64,000 nt of DNA from an uncultured Campylobacter sp. (GTDB lineage: Bacteria; Campylobacterota; Campylobacteria; Campylobacterales; Campylobacteraceae): positions 51,953-115,952 of the forward strand of contig CAUQNJ010000002.1 in NCBI GenBank assembly GCA_963519515.1, read 5' to 3'. The translations under genes were made by a program, and so were the position numbers. This document shows, piece after piece, positions 48,049 to 57,862 of this stretch. Positions within the stretch are counted from its first letter, which is position 1, and every line of letters begins with the position of its first letter. The notes below the pieces were generated by a model. That model searched no databases and was not told the DNA's origin. It saw nothing but the letters and a program-made list of their open reading frames with translations.

Positions 48049-48999
48049 CTAATTTGTGAGTTTAAGTGTTTCGATTAGGCTTAAAATTTTGCGGATCTGC
48101 GTTTGGTATTCGCGCGCGAGCTCTATGCTAGCGGGCCTACCAAAAAGCGTAGTTTCAAAAAGATCGGGCGCACCGTTTAAAAATAGATATAAGCGCTCAT
48201 CCATAAATACCGTGCTCAAGCTGAACTCGCCGCTCGTTTCGCGATTTATTTCGCGCAGGCGCTCCATGAACGCGGGCGTTAGCAGATAGCGCGCTTCTAC
48301 TTTGTCATCCGCAAACACGCGAAAATCGCGCATAAAATCCACATCGTCCATCATCTCTTTTTCGCCGAAGATCTTGGCGTTTAGCTCCCTGCTTACCACT
48401 ATCGTTTTGCCCGAGGTTTTTTTCGCGAGCTCGCAGATCAGTACGTTGCCGTCAAAGTCCATATAGTTATCGTAGAATATTTTGATCAACATAATCGCCG
48501 CTATGAGCGGATTATCCGTTTTCATGTAAAACCTACCATTACTATGTACCTCGCTGAGGCTAAATTTAATCCCGCAGTACACGCCCGTAATCCGATCCTC
48601 GCTTTTGATCCTAGATTTCCTATAAATTCTAAATTTTTGAAATTCCTCTTCTTGCATGCCGGTATATGGATCGTATTTTAAACCGGCATCTATATCTTTT
48701 ATTACGGCGCGGACGAATATCTCTTTATAAAATTTGTAGTAGCGAATTTCCGCTTCGCTTTCTTGACTGGCGCAATGCATAAGAAATATCCAAAAGATCT
48801 GAAAAAGGATCAAGACGCTCGAAAATTCGGCAATTTTTATTAGAGGAGTGTCTGCTTTAACGCCGTCTAGAGACATTATTGCGAATAGGACCGCAAAAAA
48901 GGCGGCTATACTGAGGTAGTAATATCTATTAAAAGCTCTAGCGCACGCTTTTTGTTCGGTTAAAGTTTGCGAAATAGCATCTTGCAAAGAAGGCGACAT
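48049..48999 (-). CDS. membrane protein, probably DUF3137 family
   Basis: Two N-terminal TM helices followed by an approx. 220-aa soluble domain (...SEDRITGVYCGIKFSLSEV...). The family assignment is from memory of the architecture only. Confidence 0.45.
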   Translation of the reverse strand: MSPSLQDAISQTLTEQKACARAFNRYYYLSIAAFFAVLFAIMSLDGVKADTPLIKIAEFSSVLILFQIFWIFLMHCASQESEAEIRYYKFYKEIFVRAVIKDIDAGLKYDPYTGMQEEEFQKFRIYRKSRIKSEDRITGVYCGIKFSLSEVHSNGRFYMKTDNPLIAAIMLIKIFYDNYMDFDGNVLICELAKKTSGKTIVVSRELNAKIFGEKEMMDDVDFMRDFRVFADDKVEARYLLTPAFMERLREINRETSGEFSLSTVFMDERLYLFLNGAPDLFETTLFGRPASIELAREYQTQIRKILSLIETLKLTN

Positions 49000-49241
49000 A
49001 TCTATCCTTGATAAAAATTTCGCCCGTATTGTAGCGAAATTTAGCGGAATTCATAAAGAGCGAATTTCGCCTCATAATTAAATAGTTGGGATCGGAGCTT
49101 AATTTACGCAGTCCTTGCGGCGTAAAATTTTAAAATTTTACTATTCTGAAATCAATTCGCACCGGATTTAAAATTTAACGCATCGTGTAAGCTTATATTT
49201 CACGCGAGCCGCTTTTGTAAATTTGCGTTTAAATTTTGCGA

Positions 49242-51557
49242 TCACAGCACCCTGAGGTTGTCTGAGAGGAAATACATAAAAATCCCGAGCCCAAACATCA
49301 CGAAAAGTCCCAAGAATTCGACGTAAAGCTTCAGGCTTACGAGCCGCTTTGAGCTAAGCTCGTTTGCTTTCGCGCCGAAAAGCGCGGCTAAAAATATCAC
49401 GACGCTCATTCCAAAACCGATGAAAAGCGCACTTGCGACGCTAAGCGCGAAGCTTCCGAGGCTGAAGGCAAGCACAAAAATAAGGATCGTGCCGGGGCAG
49501 GGCACGAGCGCCGCCGCAAGCGCGATAAGCCACTCTCGCCCTTTCTCGCCGCCGTAGGTCGCGCCATTTTGCAGCGAGCGAGACGAGGTTTTATGGGCAG
49601 CGGCTTTGGAATTTATAAAATTTGAAACTTCATTTTGTGCATTTTCGCTCGCGTTTTCATCGCGATTTGCGGTTAAATTTGAATCCGAATTTGACTCTGC
49701 CGCCGCGGCGCCTAAATTTTTGGCATCCAAATACTGCGCGGATTCGCCGCTAGGGGTTTTAAATTTAGAAAATTTATAGCTCTTTGATGCTGCGTGAGCG
49801 GAATTTCCGGCGTTTGCAAATGCCGTATTTTTTAAGCGGACGTCCGTCTCTGCGGTCTTTGCGACGGAAGCGCAAGCGGCGCAGGAGCAGCCCGCATCGT
49901 GGTGGGCGCCCGACGATCTTACGCGGCGAGCTTTGTCGTAGATGATGAGCGCCGTTATGACGATGATCAGAAGTGCCGAAATTTTCGTAGTGATCGAGGC
50001 GGAATTCGTGGAAACGAGGCCTGCGACGTTTTGTAACACGAACATGCTCGCGCTTACCAAAACGAGCGCTCCTAGGACGTGTAGAAGCCCGATTTTAAGG
50101 GCAAATCCAAAGGCTTTGACGTAGCTGCCGCCATGGGCTAAGAAATAGCTCGCAGTTAGCAGCTTCGCGTGCCCTGGACCCGCCGCATGGAAAAAGCCGT
50201 ATATGAAAGAAAGTGCTAGAACCCATAGGATGGTGCTTGCGCTTGCATGCTCGCTGCTTGCGCGAAATGCCGTTTTGAGACTTTTCATAAAATCGACCGT
50301 CTTTTGCGCGACAAACCCCAGCGCAGCCTCTTCGTGCGGCTCGTTTGAAATATCGCCGCTATCGGACGCAGCGCCGTTTTTGCTCGCGCTATTTTGCGCT
50401 AAATTTAAAGAGCTTTCCTCGGATGGAGTCGCGAGATTTTGCGTAGAATGCGCGGAATTTAAAGAATTATCTCGTCTCGCCGTCAAATTTTGCCCCGCGC
50501 CTTTATCTACAGACGGCGCAGAATTTGCGGAATCGTTAAAATTTATCGCAGCGCTCCTGCCGCCCCCGTTTAGCGCTAAATTTGAATCATCGCCTAAAGA
50601 AGCCGCGGCATTTTCGCCGTTTTTTGCGGCGGCCTCTAAGTTTTCGCTACCTAAGCGGTCGGAATTTGCGGGACCACCTTTTGCTTGCGCGTCCTTTTTG
50701 GCGGCTTTATTAATCTGCGCAATAGTATCCGAAGCGGCGATGTTTTTTTGTGCCTCTGCAGTCGCCTCCGAGACGATATCGCCGACGGATCTTTGGTTTG
50801 ATCTGCGTGCTGAGCTGGCATTCGGTTTATCTTGACCGCCTTGCGCAAGTTTATCTTCCGAGCTCGCAAGACCCTGCTCGCTAGATGCAAGAACATCCTG
50901 CGTTAAATCGGAGCTCGGCGCGCTTGAAATAGACGGCTTTTTCTCTGCAAGCTTGAGTTTTTCGCCGCTAAATTCTATAAAAGTGGTGGCTAAATTTGAA
51001 TTGGGCTTCGCTACAAAGCCGCTGCCAAGATCAAATGGCTTGTCGTCAACCATTTTGAAATTGAAAAACCCCTGATCGTCGTTAATGGAAATTTTAAGAA
51101 CGCGGCCGTTTCGCAGCTCGAAACCGATCTCTTGATCGAACTCGAACGCAAGCCTGCCCTTTTTGATGAGGCTTTTTGCGTTTTTAAAATTTCCCTTGAT
51201 CTGCGTGCCTACGAGGTTGCTAAGTGCGGGCTTTGCGCTTTTCGGCGCTTGATCGTAAAATTCCGCCTCGCAAAGATAGTTTTTTGGGCTTAGATAATCG
51301 GTCATCGCCTTTGTTATCTCGGCAAGCTCGTTATTTTCGAACTTACCGTTGGAATTTATATCGTAAGTCTGCATTATGACGTCGGTGAAATTTTGAGAGA
51401 AGAGCCACGAAAAGTGCAGGCTCACGATCTTGCCGTCCTGTGCGACGGGGGCGATGCTAACGTGCGCAGTGGGCGTGTATAGGGCGCACAGAGCGCACGC
51501 AAATATCCGCGAGCTAAAGATCGCGGATAAAAGTAAAATTTTAATAAATTTCATCAA
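49242..51557 (-). CDS. fusion of a periplasmic DUF1007 domain with a NicO/RcnA-type metal permease, carrying two long low-complexity segments
   Basis: The N-terminal approx. 200 aa are DUF1007-like (signal peptide, HFSWLFSQNF). The permease motifs are FFHAAGPGHAKLL and LVPCPGT. A His/Cys loop reads HHDAGCSCAACAS. Its start directly abuts the znuA stop. Confidence 0.7.
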   Translation of the reverse strand: MMKFIKILLLSAIFSSRIFACALCALYTPTAHVSIAPVAQDGKIVSLHFSWLFSQNFTDVIMQTYDINSNGKFENNELAEITKAMTDYLSPKNYLCEAEFYDQAPKSAKPALSNLVGTQIKGNFKNAKSLIKKGRLAFEFDQEIGFELRNGRVLKISINDDQGFFNFKMVDDKPFDLGSGFVAKPNSNLATTFIEFSGEKLKLAEKKPSISSAPSSDLTQDVLASSEQGLASSEDKLAQGGQDKPNASSARRSNQRSVGDIVSEATAEAQKNIAASDTIAQINKAAKKDAQAKGGPANSDRLGSENLEAAAKNGENAAASLGDDSNLALNGGGRSAAINFNDSANSAPSVDKGAGQNLTARRDNSLNSAHSTQNLATPSEESSLNLAQNSASKNGAASDSGDISNEPHEEAALGFVAQKTVDFMKSLKTAFRASSEHASASTILWVLALSFIYGFFHAAGPGHAKLLTASYFLAHGGSYVKAFGFALKIGLLHVLGALVLVSASMFVLQNVAGLVSTNSASITTKISALLIIVITALIIYDKARRVRSSGAHHDAGCSCAACASVAKTAETDVRLKNTAFANAGNSAHAASKSYKFSKFKTPSGESAQYLDAKNLGAAAAESNSDSNLTANRDENASENAQNEVSNFINSKAAAHKTSSRSLQNGATYGGEKGREWLIALAAALVPCPGTILIFVLAFSLGSFALSVASALFIGFGMSVVIFLAALFGAKANELSSKRLVSLKLYVEFLGLFVMFGLGIFMYFLSDNLRVL

Positions 51558-52487
51558 CTACAAATTTTCTCCGAAAACGTCAATCGTCTTTTTCATCGTC
51601 TCGTACCAATCTAGCGGCAGCTGATCGATCTCTATAACCTTTGCGCCCGTTTGTGCGGCGATGGTTTGCGCTGCCTTTTTGGAAAACTGCGGTGCGACGA
51701 AAATCACCTTGATCTTCTCCTCTTTGGCTTCCTCGATTAGCTCGGCTAAATCCGCAGGCTTGGGTTCTTTGCCCTCCACCTCGACCGCGATCTGCTCCAG
51801 GTCGTATCGGTGCGCGAAATAGCCCCAAGATGGATGATAAACCATAAATTTCTTTCCCTTGACGCCCGCTAATTTCTGCTTCGCGTAAGCGTCCAGCTCG
51901 TCAAGCTTTTTAGCAAATTTATCGAAATTTGCTTCGTAAATTTTAGCATTCTTAGGATACTGTTTGGTTAACGCGTCTTTAATATTTTTAGCTTGAATTT
52001 TTACAAGCTGCGGATCGAGCCAGATATGCGGATCTAAGCCGTCATGGTGATGATGGTGCTCGGCGTGATGCTCTTTTTCATCGTGATCGCGGTGCGCTTT
52101 GTGCTCCTTCTCATCGTGATGAGCGCCGTGATCGTGCGCGTCGTGCTCGTCATGATGGTGTGCCGCCATAGCCATCTTTTCGATACCCTCTTCGGTGCGG
52201 ACTATCTTCATCTTTGGATACGCCGCGGCGAGCTTCGGTAGCCAAATTTCATCAAATTCTATGCCGACTGCAAAATACAGATCGCTGTTTTGCACCATCT
52301 TCATCTCCGAAGGCTTGGGCTCGTAGGTGTGCGGATCGGCGCCCTTGCCGACCATCGTATTTACCTGTAGCGTGTCGCCCGCGATCTGCTCGACGAAATA
52401 CTTCGTCGGAAGTATGGTCGTGCTGACCGTAGGTTTGGCAAACAATGCGCAACTCATCGCAAAAAGCGCGAAAACAATCTTTTTCAT
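51558..52487 (-). CDS. znuA: periplasmic zinc-binding protein ZnuA (cluster A-I SBP) with a His-rich loop
   Basis: I prefer the ATG at 52487 (GGAAAGGA RBS; signal peptide MKKIVFALFAMSCALFA). Motifs DPHTYEP and DPHIWLDP. A loop of about 45 aa is rich in H, D and E. Confidence 0.85.
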   Translation of the reverse strand: MKKIVFALFAMSCALFAKPTVSTTILPTKYFVEQIAGDTLQVNTMVGKGADPHTYEPKPSEMKMVQNSDLYFAVGIEFDEIWLPKLAAAYPKMKIVRTEEGIEKMAMAAHHHDEHDAHDHGAHHDEKEHKAHRDHDEKEHHAEHHHHHDGLDPHIWLDPQLVKIQAKNIKDALTKQYPKNAKIYEANFDKFAKKLDELDAYAKQKLAGVKGKKFMVYHPSWGYFAHRYDLEQIAVEVEGKEPKPADLAELIEEAKEEKIKVIFVAPQFSKKAAQTIAAQTGAKVIEIDQLPLDWYETMKKTIDVFGENL

Positions 52488-52525
52488 AAAATTCCTTTCC
52501 GAAAAAATTGCGAAAGTATATCGTA

Positions 52526-52540
52526 TGCAACTTAGTTGCA
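52526..52540. promoter_or_regulatory. palindrome TGCAACTTAGTTGCA in the znuA/zur divergent promoter region (candidate Zur operator)
   Basis: TGCAAC and GTTGCA are exact reverse complements separated by 3 nt. It lies 39 nt upstream of the znuA ATG and 61 nt upstream of the zur ATG. Confidence 0.4.
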
Positions 52541-52600
52541 ACTTAATATAAATTTATCTAAATTTCGCTATCATCGCTCAAATTTTAAAAAAGGCGCAAA

Positions 52601-52954
52601 ATGGATCCCAAAGATTTTTTAGCGAGCCATGATATCGCTTACACGGCGCTTCGCGGCCAGATCGTGCAAATTTTAAACGAGAAAAAATCTCCGGTAAGTT
52701 GCGACGAGCTAGTTGAGATTACGGGTGCGAATAAAACCACGATCTATCGCAATATTGCGCTTTTGGAAGAGAAAAATTTAATAATCGCGAGCGAAAATAA
52801 CCATAAAAGCTTTTACGAGCTAAGCAGTAGCGCGAAAGCTTATTTCGTCTGCGAGCATTGCCACAAGATGGAGGAAATTTCGATGCCCGCTCTGCCGCAA
52901 AAAAACGTCAAAAGCGTGCTCGTGCGCGGTCTGTGCGACGAATGCGGCGGCTGA
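52601..52954 (+). CDS. zur: Fur-family metalloregulator, probably Zur
   Basis: 117 aa. Winged-helix region (SCDELVEITGANKTTIYRNIALLEE) plus two CxxC pairs (CEHC, CDEC). Divergent from znuA. Confidence 0.7.
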   Translation: MDPKDFLASHDIAYTALRGQIVQILNEKKSPVSCDELVEITGANKTTIYRNIALLEEKNLIIASENNHKSFYELSSSAKAYFVCEHCHKMEEISMPALPQKNVKSVLVRGLCDECGG

Positions 52955-53039
52955 TAGGAAGCGGCGCGCGATTTAACGGATTTTTATAAAAGAAACGATA
53001 TAATCCGAGCATTTCATATTTTAAAAGGGAAAAATTTCA

Positions 53040-53480
53040 GTGAATAAAAACGATACTATCAAAGCCATCGAGAAGTTTGTAAATTCTCAAGAGATGACGA
53101 TGTTTCGCCTTAAAAAGGGTATCTACGGCGACGCCATGAAAAATCTCGATCAGGTTTTCACTCCATATAAAGAATTCGCCGATTTTTTAAAAAATCCCGC
53201 AAATAGGCTACAGGAGCTGCTGGGAAATATCGCGTATGAGTCGATTTTGAGCTTTACCGACTCGGGGCTTGCGCACTGCGAAAAGATTCATAATCTTTAT
53301 TTCACGGAGGCGAAAGGTTTTTTCAAAAGCGGACTGAAGTATATCGAGCCCGATGCCGCGACCAGGGAGAAGGCGAAGGGCTACTACGACAAACTGCTGG
53401 AAAATAACGAAAAGCTAAACGAATATATCAGCATAGGCTTGCAGAGGCTTCACGGCTTGGAAGCAAAGCTATTTGAATAA
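53040..53480 (+). CDS. hypothetical helical protein
   Basis: 146-aa ORF with a GTG start and normal (non-repetitive) composition. No recognisable motif. Confidence 0.45.
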   Translation: MNKNDTIKAIEKFVNSQEMTMFRLKKGIYGDAMKNLDQVFTPYKEFADFLKNPANRLQELLGNIAYESILSFTDSGLAHCEKIHNLYFTEAKGFFKSGLKYIEPDAATREKAKGYYDKLLENNEKLNEYISIGLQRLHGLEAKLFE

Positions 53481-54049
53481 CTCAGTATTTGAAATTTTAA
53501 AATTTATGTTCTTGTAGCGACCTTGCATTTTGCGCGGCGCGTAAATTTTATGTGCTCAAGGCCTCGGCGCGGAGGTTGTTTATAAAGATATAAAAATACT
53601 GCATCGAATTTTAAATTTTATTCCCGCGAGATAATTGTCGATATTGCCGCGCACATCGGCGTAAATTTACTCCGTAGCAGCTCAAGATTTCCGCCGTTTT
53701 GCGGCATTATGTCGCCGCCAATTTGATGCACCCTGATTAGACGGCGGTTTTGCTTATGCGTGCGGATAGTTCTTTTTGAAATTTTACCTTCTGCTTCGGC
53801 AGTCGGGCTTTTTAGATTTAATAAATTTGATTTTGCTTGTGCCGCGGCTTGCAGGCTAAATTTTACGCTTTGCGAAGCGGGGTGCCTGCAAAATTTAAAA
53901 TTTGCAGCCTTGGCGTTTGCTGCGTTTAACCACTTCTGCAAATCTAAATTTCAGATCGATTCGCGTCTAAGCCTTTACGGCGATAGGAATTTGCTCGTTT
54001 TAAATTTTTAAAATCGCTACTTTGAAATACAGATCGTTTCGGCTTTTTG

Positions 54050-54260
54050 TTTGCTGCGCCATAAACACCTCGCCTCGGCAGAACCCTGAGCGACAAGCTA
54101 GAAGCTTAAGCGGTCGGCTCTTTCGCCGTCGCTCCATTTTGCCGATCCGCACTGCGTATTTAGGGGTTTTATGCGGATTGCGTTTGATCTCGCGTAATTT
54201 AATCGCACGGCTAAATTTTAATGCGCAACACTGCCGAGCCGAGAACGTTTTATATCAACG
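54050..54260 (+). repeat. C-rich/G-poor dispersed element, copy E (weak)
   Basis: TCGCCGTCGCTCCATTTTGCCGATCCGCACTGCGTATTT resembles TCGCCGTCTTACCTCCGTCCTATCGCTCCGTATTTT at 60141-60176. Confidence 0.3.
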
Positions 54261-54621
54261 TCTGCTTGTAGCCGAAGATCGCGCTGGCCGTAAGGGTGAA
54301 ATTTTACGATAAATTTTTATCTTTACGGCACAATCTTTGCTGAGGATCAAATTTTAAAATTTAGCCGATTTCGGCGTATGTTTGCGAGCAAGCGGATTGA
54401 AGCGCATCCCGCCCGTCGCGCTTATGAGTATAAGTCCAAGCAAGAATCGTGGTACCGACTAGCAGCTCGCTGTCATTGGCGGATGAAAGCTGCCGGCGCA
54501 GGTTTGCCGTAGAATTTTAATTCGCCCTTGCGTATAGGAAGCCCGATCTTCGCGTATTTTGCGACGCACATGCAAAGCCCGCCGCCGAAAACGTAGGCGC
54601 GGGCTCGGAATCAAAGATCGA

Positions 54622-54852
54622 CTATTTGCCCTCTTTTTCGGCTTTGTATTGAGCCAGCAGGGCGCCTATCTCATCTTTTATGCGAAGCTTTTCCCTTTTC
54701 ATCGTATCAAGCTCCATATCGCTTAGATGCACTCTGCCCGCCTGCGCGTCGGCGATTTTGTGATCCAGCTCGTCGTGCTTCTCAAATAGCGAATCAAATC
54801 GCGCGTTTTTGCCCTTTAGCTCGGTAATCAAATCTCTGTATTCATGAAACAT
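54622..54852 (-). CDS. DUF465 (YdcH-like) small coiled-coil protein
   Basis: 76 aa. ...FDSLFEKHDELDHKIADAQ...LSDMELDTMKREKLRIKDEI... is typical of DUF465. Confidence 0.75.
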   Translation of the reverse strand: MFHEYRDLITELKGKNARFDSLFEKHDELDHKIADAQAGRVHLSDMELDTMKREKLRIKDEIGALLAQYKAEKEGK

Positions 54853-55191
54853 TTTTGCTCCTTATTTAAAATTTCTTGTAGTGTAGCATAAGGGCGCTTA
54901 AACCCCGATTTTAAAAGCAAATTTCGGCTAAATTTAATGCTGTTTTTTGCGTTTTTAAGAGCCGCGGCGATTTTTAAAACAGGCTAAATTTTATAAATTT
55001 AACCCGTTCTTTTGAGCTCTTTGTTGCGAGATAGGAGAGCCTGCAAAATTTTACGTTTACGATTATTTTTTCGCGGATTTGGAGAATATTGCCGCTGCGC
55101 CAGCTGTTTATCCGCTGCGATTAATTCATCTTTAAAATTTTACGCCCTCGGGTCTAAATTTTCATGAAATTTTATCGGCGAGGGTTTAAAT

Positions 55192-56385
55192 TTAGGATCT
55201 ATAATCCGCGTTGATTTTTACGTAGTCGTAGCTAAGATCGCAGCCGTATGCGCTAAACTCGCCGTCTCCGAGCCCCAAATCGCACCAGATCGTAAAGTTT
55301 TTTTGCTGCATTACGGCGTGAGCCGCGGCCTCGCGAGCGGCGTCCAGTTCGCGATTTTGTGCGTCATAAAGCAGCACGTCGTCGTATTTGATACGCAGCT
55401 TTTCTTCGTCGCATTCGATACCGCAGGCGCCTATGGTGGAGGCTATGCGACCCCAATTCGGGTCTTCGCCGAAGATCGCCGTTTTAACAAGCGGCGAATT
55501 GCTAAGCGCCTTTGCCGCCGTGCGGGCATCCCCAGCATTTGCGGCGCCGCTTACTCTAAATCGCACCAGCTTGGTTGCGCCTTCGCCGTCTTTTACCAGC
55601 ATTAGCGCAAGCTCGCGCGTCAGGGCGTTTAACGCGGACGCGAAGGCCTCCTTTTCGTAGGCGCATTTGGCGCTGCTGCAGAGCATAATCGTATCGTTGG
55701 TGGAGGTGTCGCCGTCAACGCTTACTGTGTTGAAGCTCTGCTCTGCCGCTTTTTTTAGCAGCTCGTCCATATCCGCGCGCGGTATTTTTGCGTCGGTCAG
55801 GACGAAGCAGAGCATGGTCGCAAGCGCAGGATTGATCATGCCCGCACCCTTGCAAACGGCTGCGATGTGAAATTTCTCGCCGTTTTCTAAAGAAATTTCA
55901 TACGCAAGCTCTTTTTTTATCGTGTCGGTAGTCATAATGGCGGTGGCTAGGGCGTTCGAGTTTCGTGCCGAGAGGTCAAAATTTTGCGCGGCGGCGATAA
56001 TTTTTTCCTTTTTGAGGCGGTATCCGATGACGCCGGTCGAGCTCATAACGGGGTTTATCAGAGGGATTTTTTTGCCAAGCTCGCTAAAAATTTCATCGAT
56101 ATCAGCGATGCCTTGCTTCCCGGTCATCGAGTTTGCGTTTTTAGAATTTACGAGGATAAAATTTGTTTTAAGCTCTCCACCTGCGCGCTCTTGCGCCATT
56201 TTGAAATGCCTAATCGGCGCAGCTTGAAATTTATTGCTCGTAAAGATCGCGCTTACGGCAAAGGGCTCATCGGCACGGATAAATCCTAGATCGTTACCCT
56301 GTTTTTTAAAGCCCGAATTCACGCCGTCAAAATAGAAGCCCTCGACGTTTTGCAGCCCAAGCTCAAGCGGGGCGATTTTAAACAT
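55192..56385 (-). CDS. argJ: bifunctional ornithine acetyltransferase / N-acetylglutamate synthase
   Basis: Autoproteolytic site context GMINPALATMLCFVLTDA. 397 aa. Confidence 0.95.
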   Translation of the reverse strand: MFKIAPLELGLQNVEGFYFDGVNSGFKKQGNDLGFIRADEPFAVSAIFTSNKFQAAPIRHFKMAQERAGGELKTNFILVNSKNANSMTGKQGIADIDEIFSELGKKIPLINPVMSSTGVIGYRLKKEKIIAAAQNFDLSARNSNALATAIMTTDTIKKELAYEISLENGEKFHIAAVCKGAGMINPALATMLCFVLTDAKIPRADMDELLKKAAEQSFNTVSVDGDTSTNDTIMLCSSAKCAYEKEAFASALNALTRELALMLVKDGEGATKLVRFRVSGAANAGDARTAAKALSNSPLVKTAIFGEDPNWGRIASTIGACGIECDEEKLRIKYDDVLLYDAQNRELDAAREAAAHAVMQQKNFTIWCDLGLGDGEFSAYGCDLSYDYVKINADYRS

Positions 56386-57508
56386 ATCTCATCTCCTGCG
56401 GCTTGTATTTGCTGCGGATGAGCTTTTTGGTGTTGCGGATGCCTTCTGCCGTGCCGATGACTAAAAATTTCACCCCCGTGCCGATCAGATAGTCGCCGCT
56501 CGGCATCGGAATGAAGCGGTTGTTCGGCTCCTTGATCCCCACGACGTCGGCATTTGTAAGATCGCGCAGGCGAGTTTCTTTTAGGCGCTTAAAGCGTACC
56601 CAGGAAAAATCCGGAATCGTGATCTCCTCGATGTCGATAGGAGAGTCTTTTTGATACAAAAATCGCTCCAAAATATTTTCCATATCGGGGCGCACGCTAA
56701 TCGCAGAAAGCCTTTGTGCGGCGAGCTTAGACGGCGAGACGATGGAATTTGCGCCGAGTTTTTTCAGCCTCTGCGTGTCGCTGTCGTCGTCGCTGTTTGC
56801 CATTATGGAGTAGGGAGTAATGCGGCCAAGCTCCTTTTCGTAGAGGCGTACCAGCGAGATTATCGCGATATTATCGGCTAAATTTGGAGCCAAGGTGATG
56901 ACGCATTTAGCCGATGAGAGGTGAGCTTTTAACATCGTAGTTTCTACGTGCGGCTCGCCTATGATATAATAGGGGTAGCGGTTTTCCTCGGCGATTTTGG
57001 CTAAATTCGGATTCGGATCGATCACCACGAAAGGCAGGTGATTTTCGCGAAACTGCTTGGCAAGCTCGGCGCAGTAGATGTTGTTGTAGCAGATGATGTA
57101 GTGGTTTTTTAGCCTTGCGATGTTGTTTATCATTCGTTGCTCCCTGAGTAAATTTTGAAGCGTGCCCTTTTTGATCACTTCGACGACGACGCCCAGACAA
57201 AAGGAAAAGGTTCCAAAGCCCATGAGGATGAATAGCACGGTAAAAATTCTACCCGCGGGCGATATGGGCGCTACCTCGGTAAAACCCACCGTCGTAAAGG
57301 TCATGCCCGCCTGATAAAAGGCGTCCACGAGCGAAAAGCCCGCTATAAAAACATAGCCTAGCGTGCCGATTAGCATCATCAATACGATGGTTATCAGCGG
57401 TAAGCGGAATGGGCGTAGCTGGTCGTAAATTTCCGTGTAGAGGTTTATGTCCGGCTTAGTCGAGCCGGACCAGTCGAGGAATCGCTTGATCTTGTCCAAG
57501 ATAGACAT
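56378..57508 (-). CDS. 2-TM pore ion channel fused to RCK (TrkA-N/TrkA-C-like) domains
   Basis: Two TM helices flank a pore loop GMTFTTVGFTEVAP, followed by RCK-like domains. It overlaps the argJ start by 8 nt. Confidence 0.7.
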   Translation of the reverse strand: MSILDKIKRFLDWSGSTKPDINLYTEIYDQLRPFRLPLITIVLMMLIGTLGYVFIAGFSLVDAFYQAGMTFTTVGFTEVAPISPAGRIFTVLFILMGFGTFSFCLGVVVEVIKKGTLQNLLREQRMINNIARLKNHYIICYNNIYCAELAKQFRENHLPFVVIDPNPNLAKIAEENRYPYYIIGEPHVETTMLKAHLSSAKCVITLAPNLADNIAIISLVRLYEKELGRITPYSIMANSDDDSDTQRLKKLGANSIVSPSKLAAQRLSAISVRPDMENILERFLYQKDSPIDIEEITIPDFSWVRFKRLKETRLRDLTNADVVGIKEPNNRFIPMPSGDYLIGTGVKFLVIGTAEGIRNTKKLIRSKYKPQEMRYV

Positions 57509-57526
57509 AAATTCCTCTTTAAGAGG

Positions 57527-57718
57527 TTATTTTGATAGCTTTTTCATAGTTCTTAGAGTAGAGGCGGCGACTTTGATCCTTTTGGTCGTGCCGTCTTCAA
57601 GCTGTACGCGTATGCTGCGTAAATTTACCTGAAATTTCTTCTTCGTTTTGTTGTTTGCGTGGCTGACGTTATTGCCTACCATCGCACCTTTGCCGGTTAT
57701 CGCGCATCTTCTTGCCAT
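57527..57718 (-). CDS. rpmB: 50S ribosomal protein L28
   Basis: [29 protein letters not shown]... Confidence 0.95.
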   Translation of the reverse strand: MARRCAITGKGAMVGNNVSHANNKTKKKFQVNLRSIRVQLEDGTTKRIKVAASTLRTMKKLSK

Positions 57719-57862
57719 AATAGATCCTTGGTGATTAAAATAAATGGCGATTATAGCGAAAAAATTTCAAATTATGCTTAAAATTCGCCGCGGTTCAAAT
57801 TTAGCGAAATTTATGACAAAACTAAGTAAAATTCCGCATCTTGAAATTTTAAAGGAATCTTA

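Noticed and set aside
51990-52150. His/Asp/Glu-rich tract in ZnuA as another repeat-derived insertion
   Set aside because: His-rich loops at this position are a well-known functional feature of ZnuA-type zinc-binding proteins, and the DNA lacks the RAATTY units seen in the other inserts.
54380-54600. Possible pseudogene remnant on the minus strand (fragments such as FGGGLCMCVAKYAKIGLPIRKGELKFYGKP)
   Set aside because: It is short, interrupted by stops and has no identifiable family. It cannot be supported without BLASTX.
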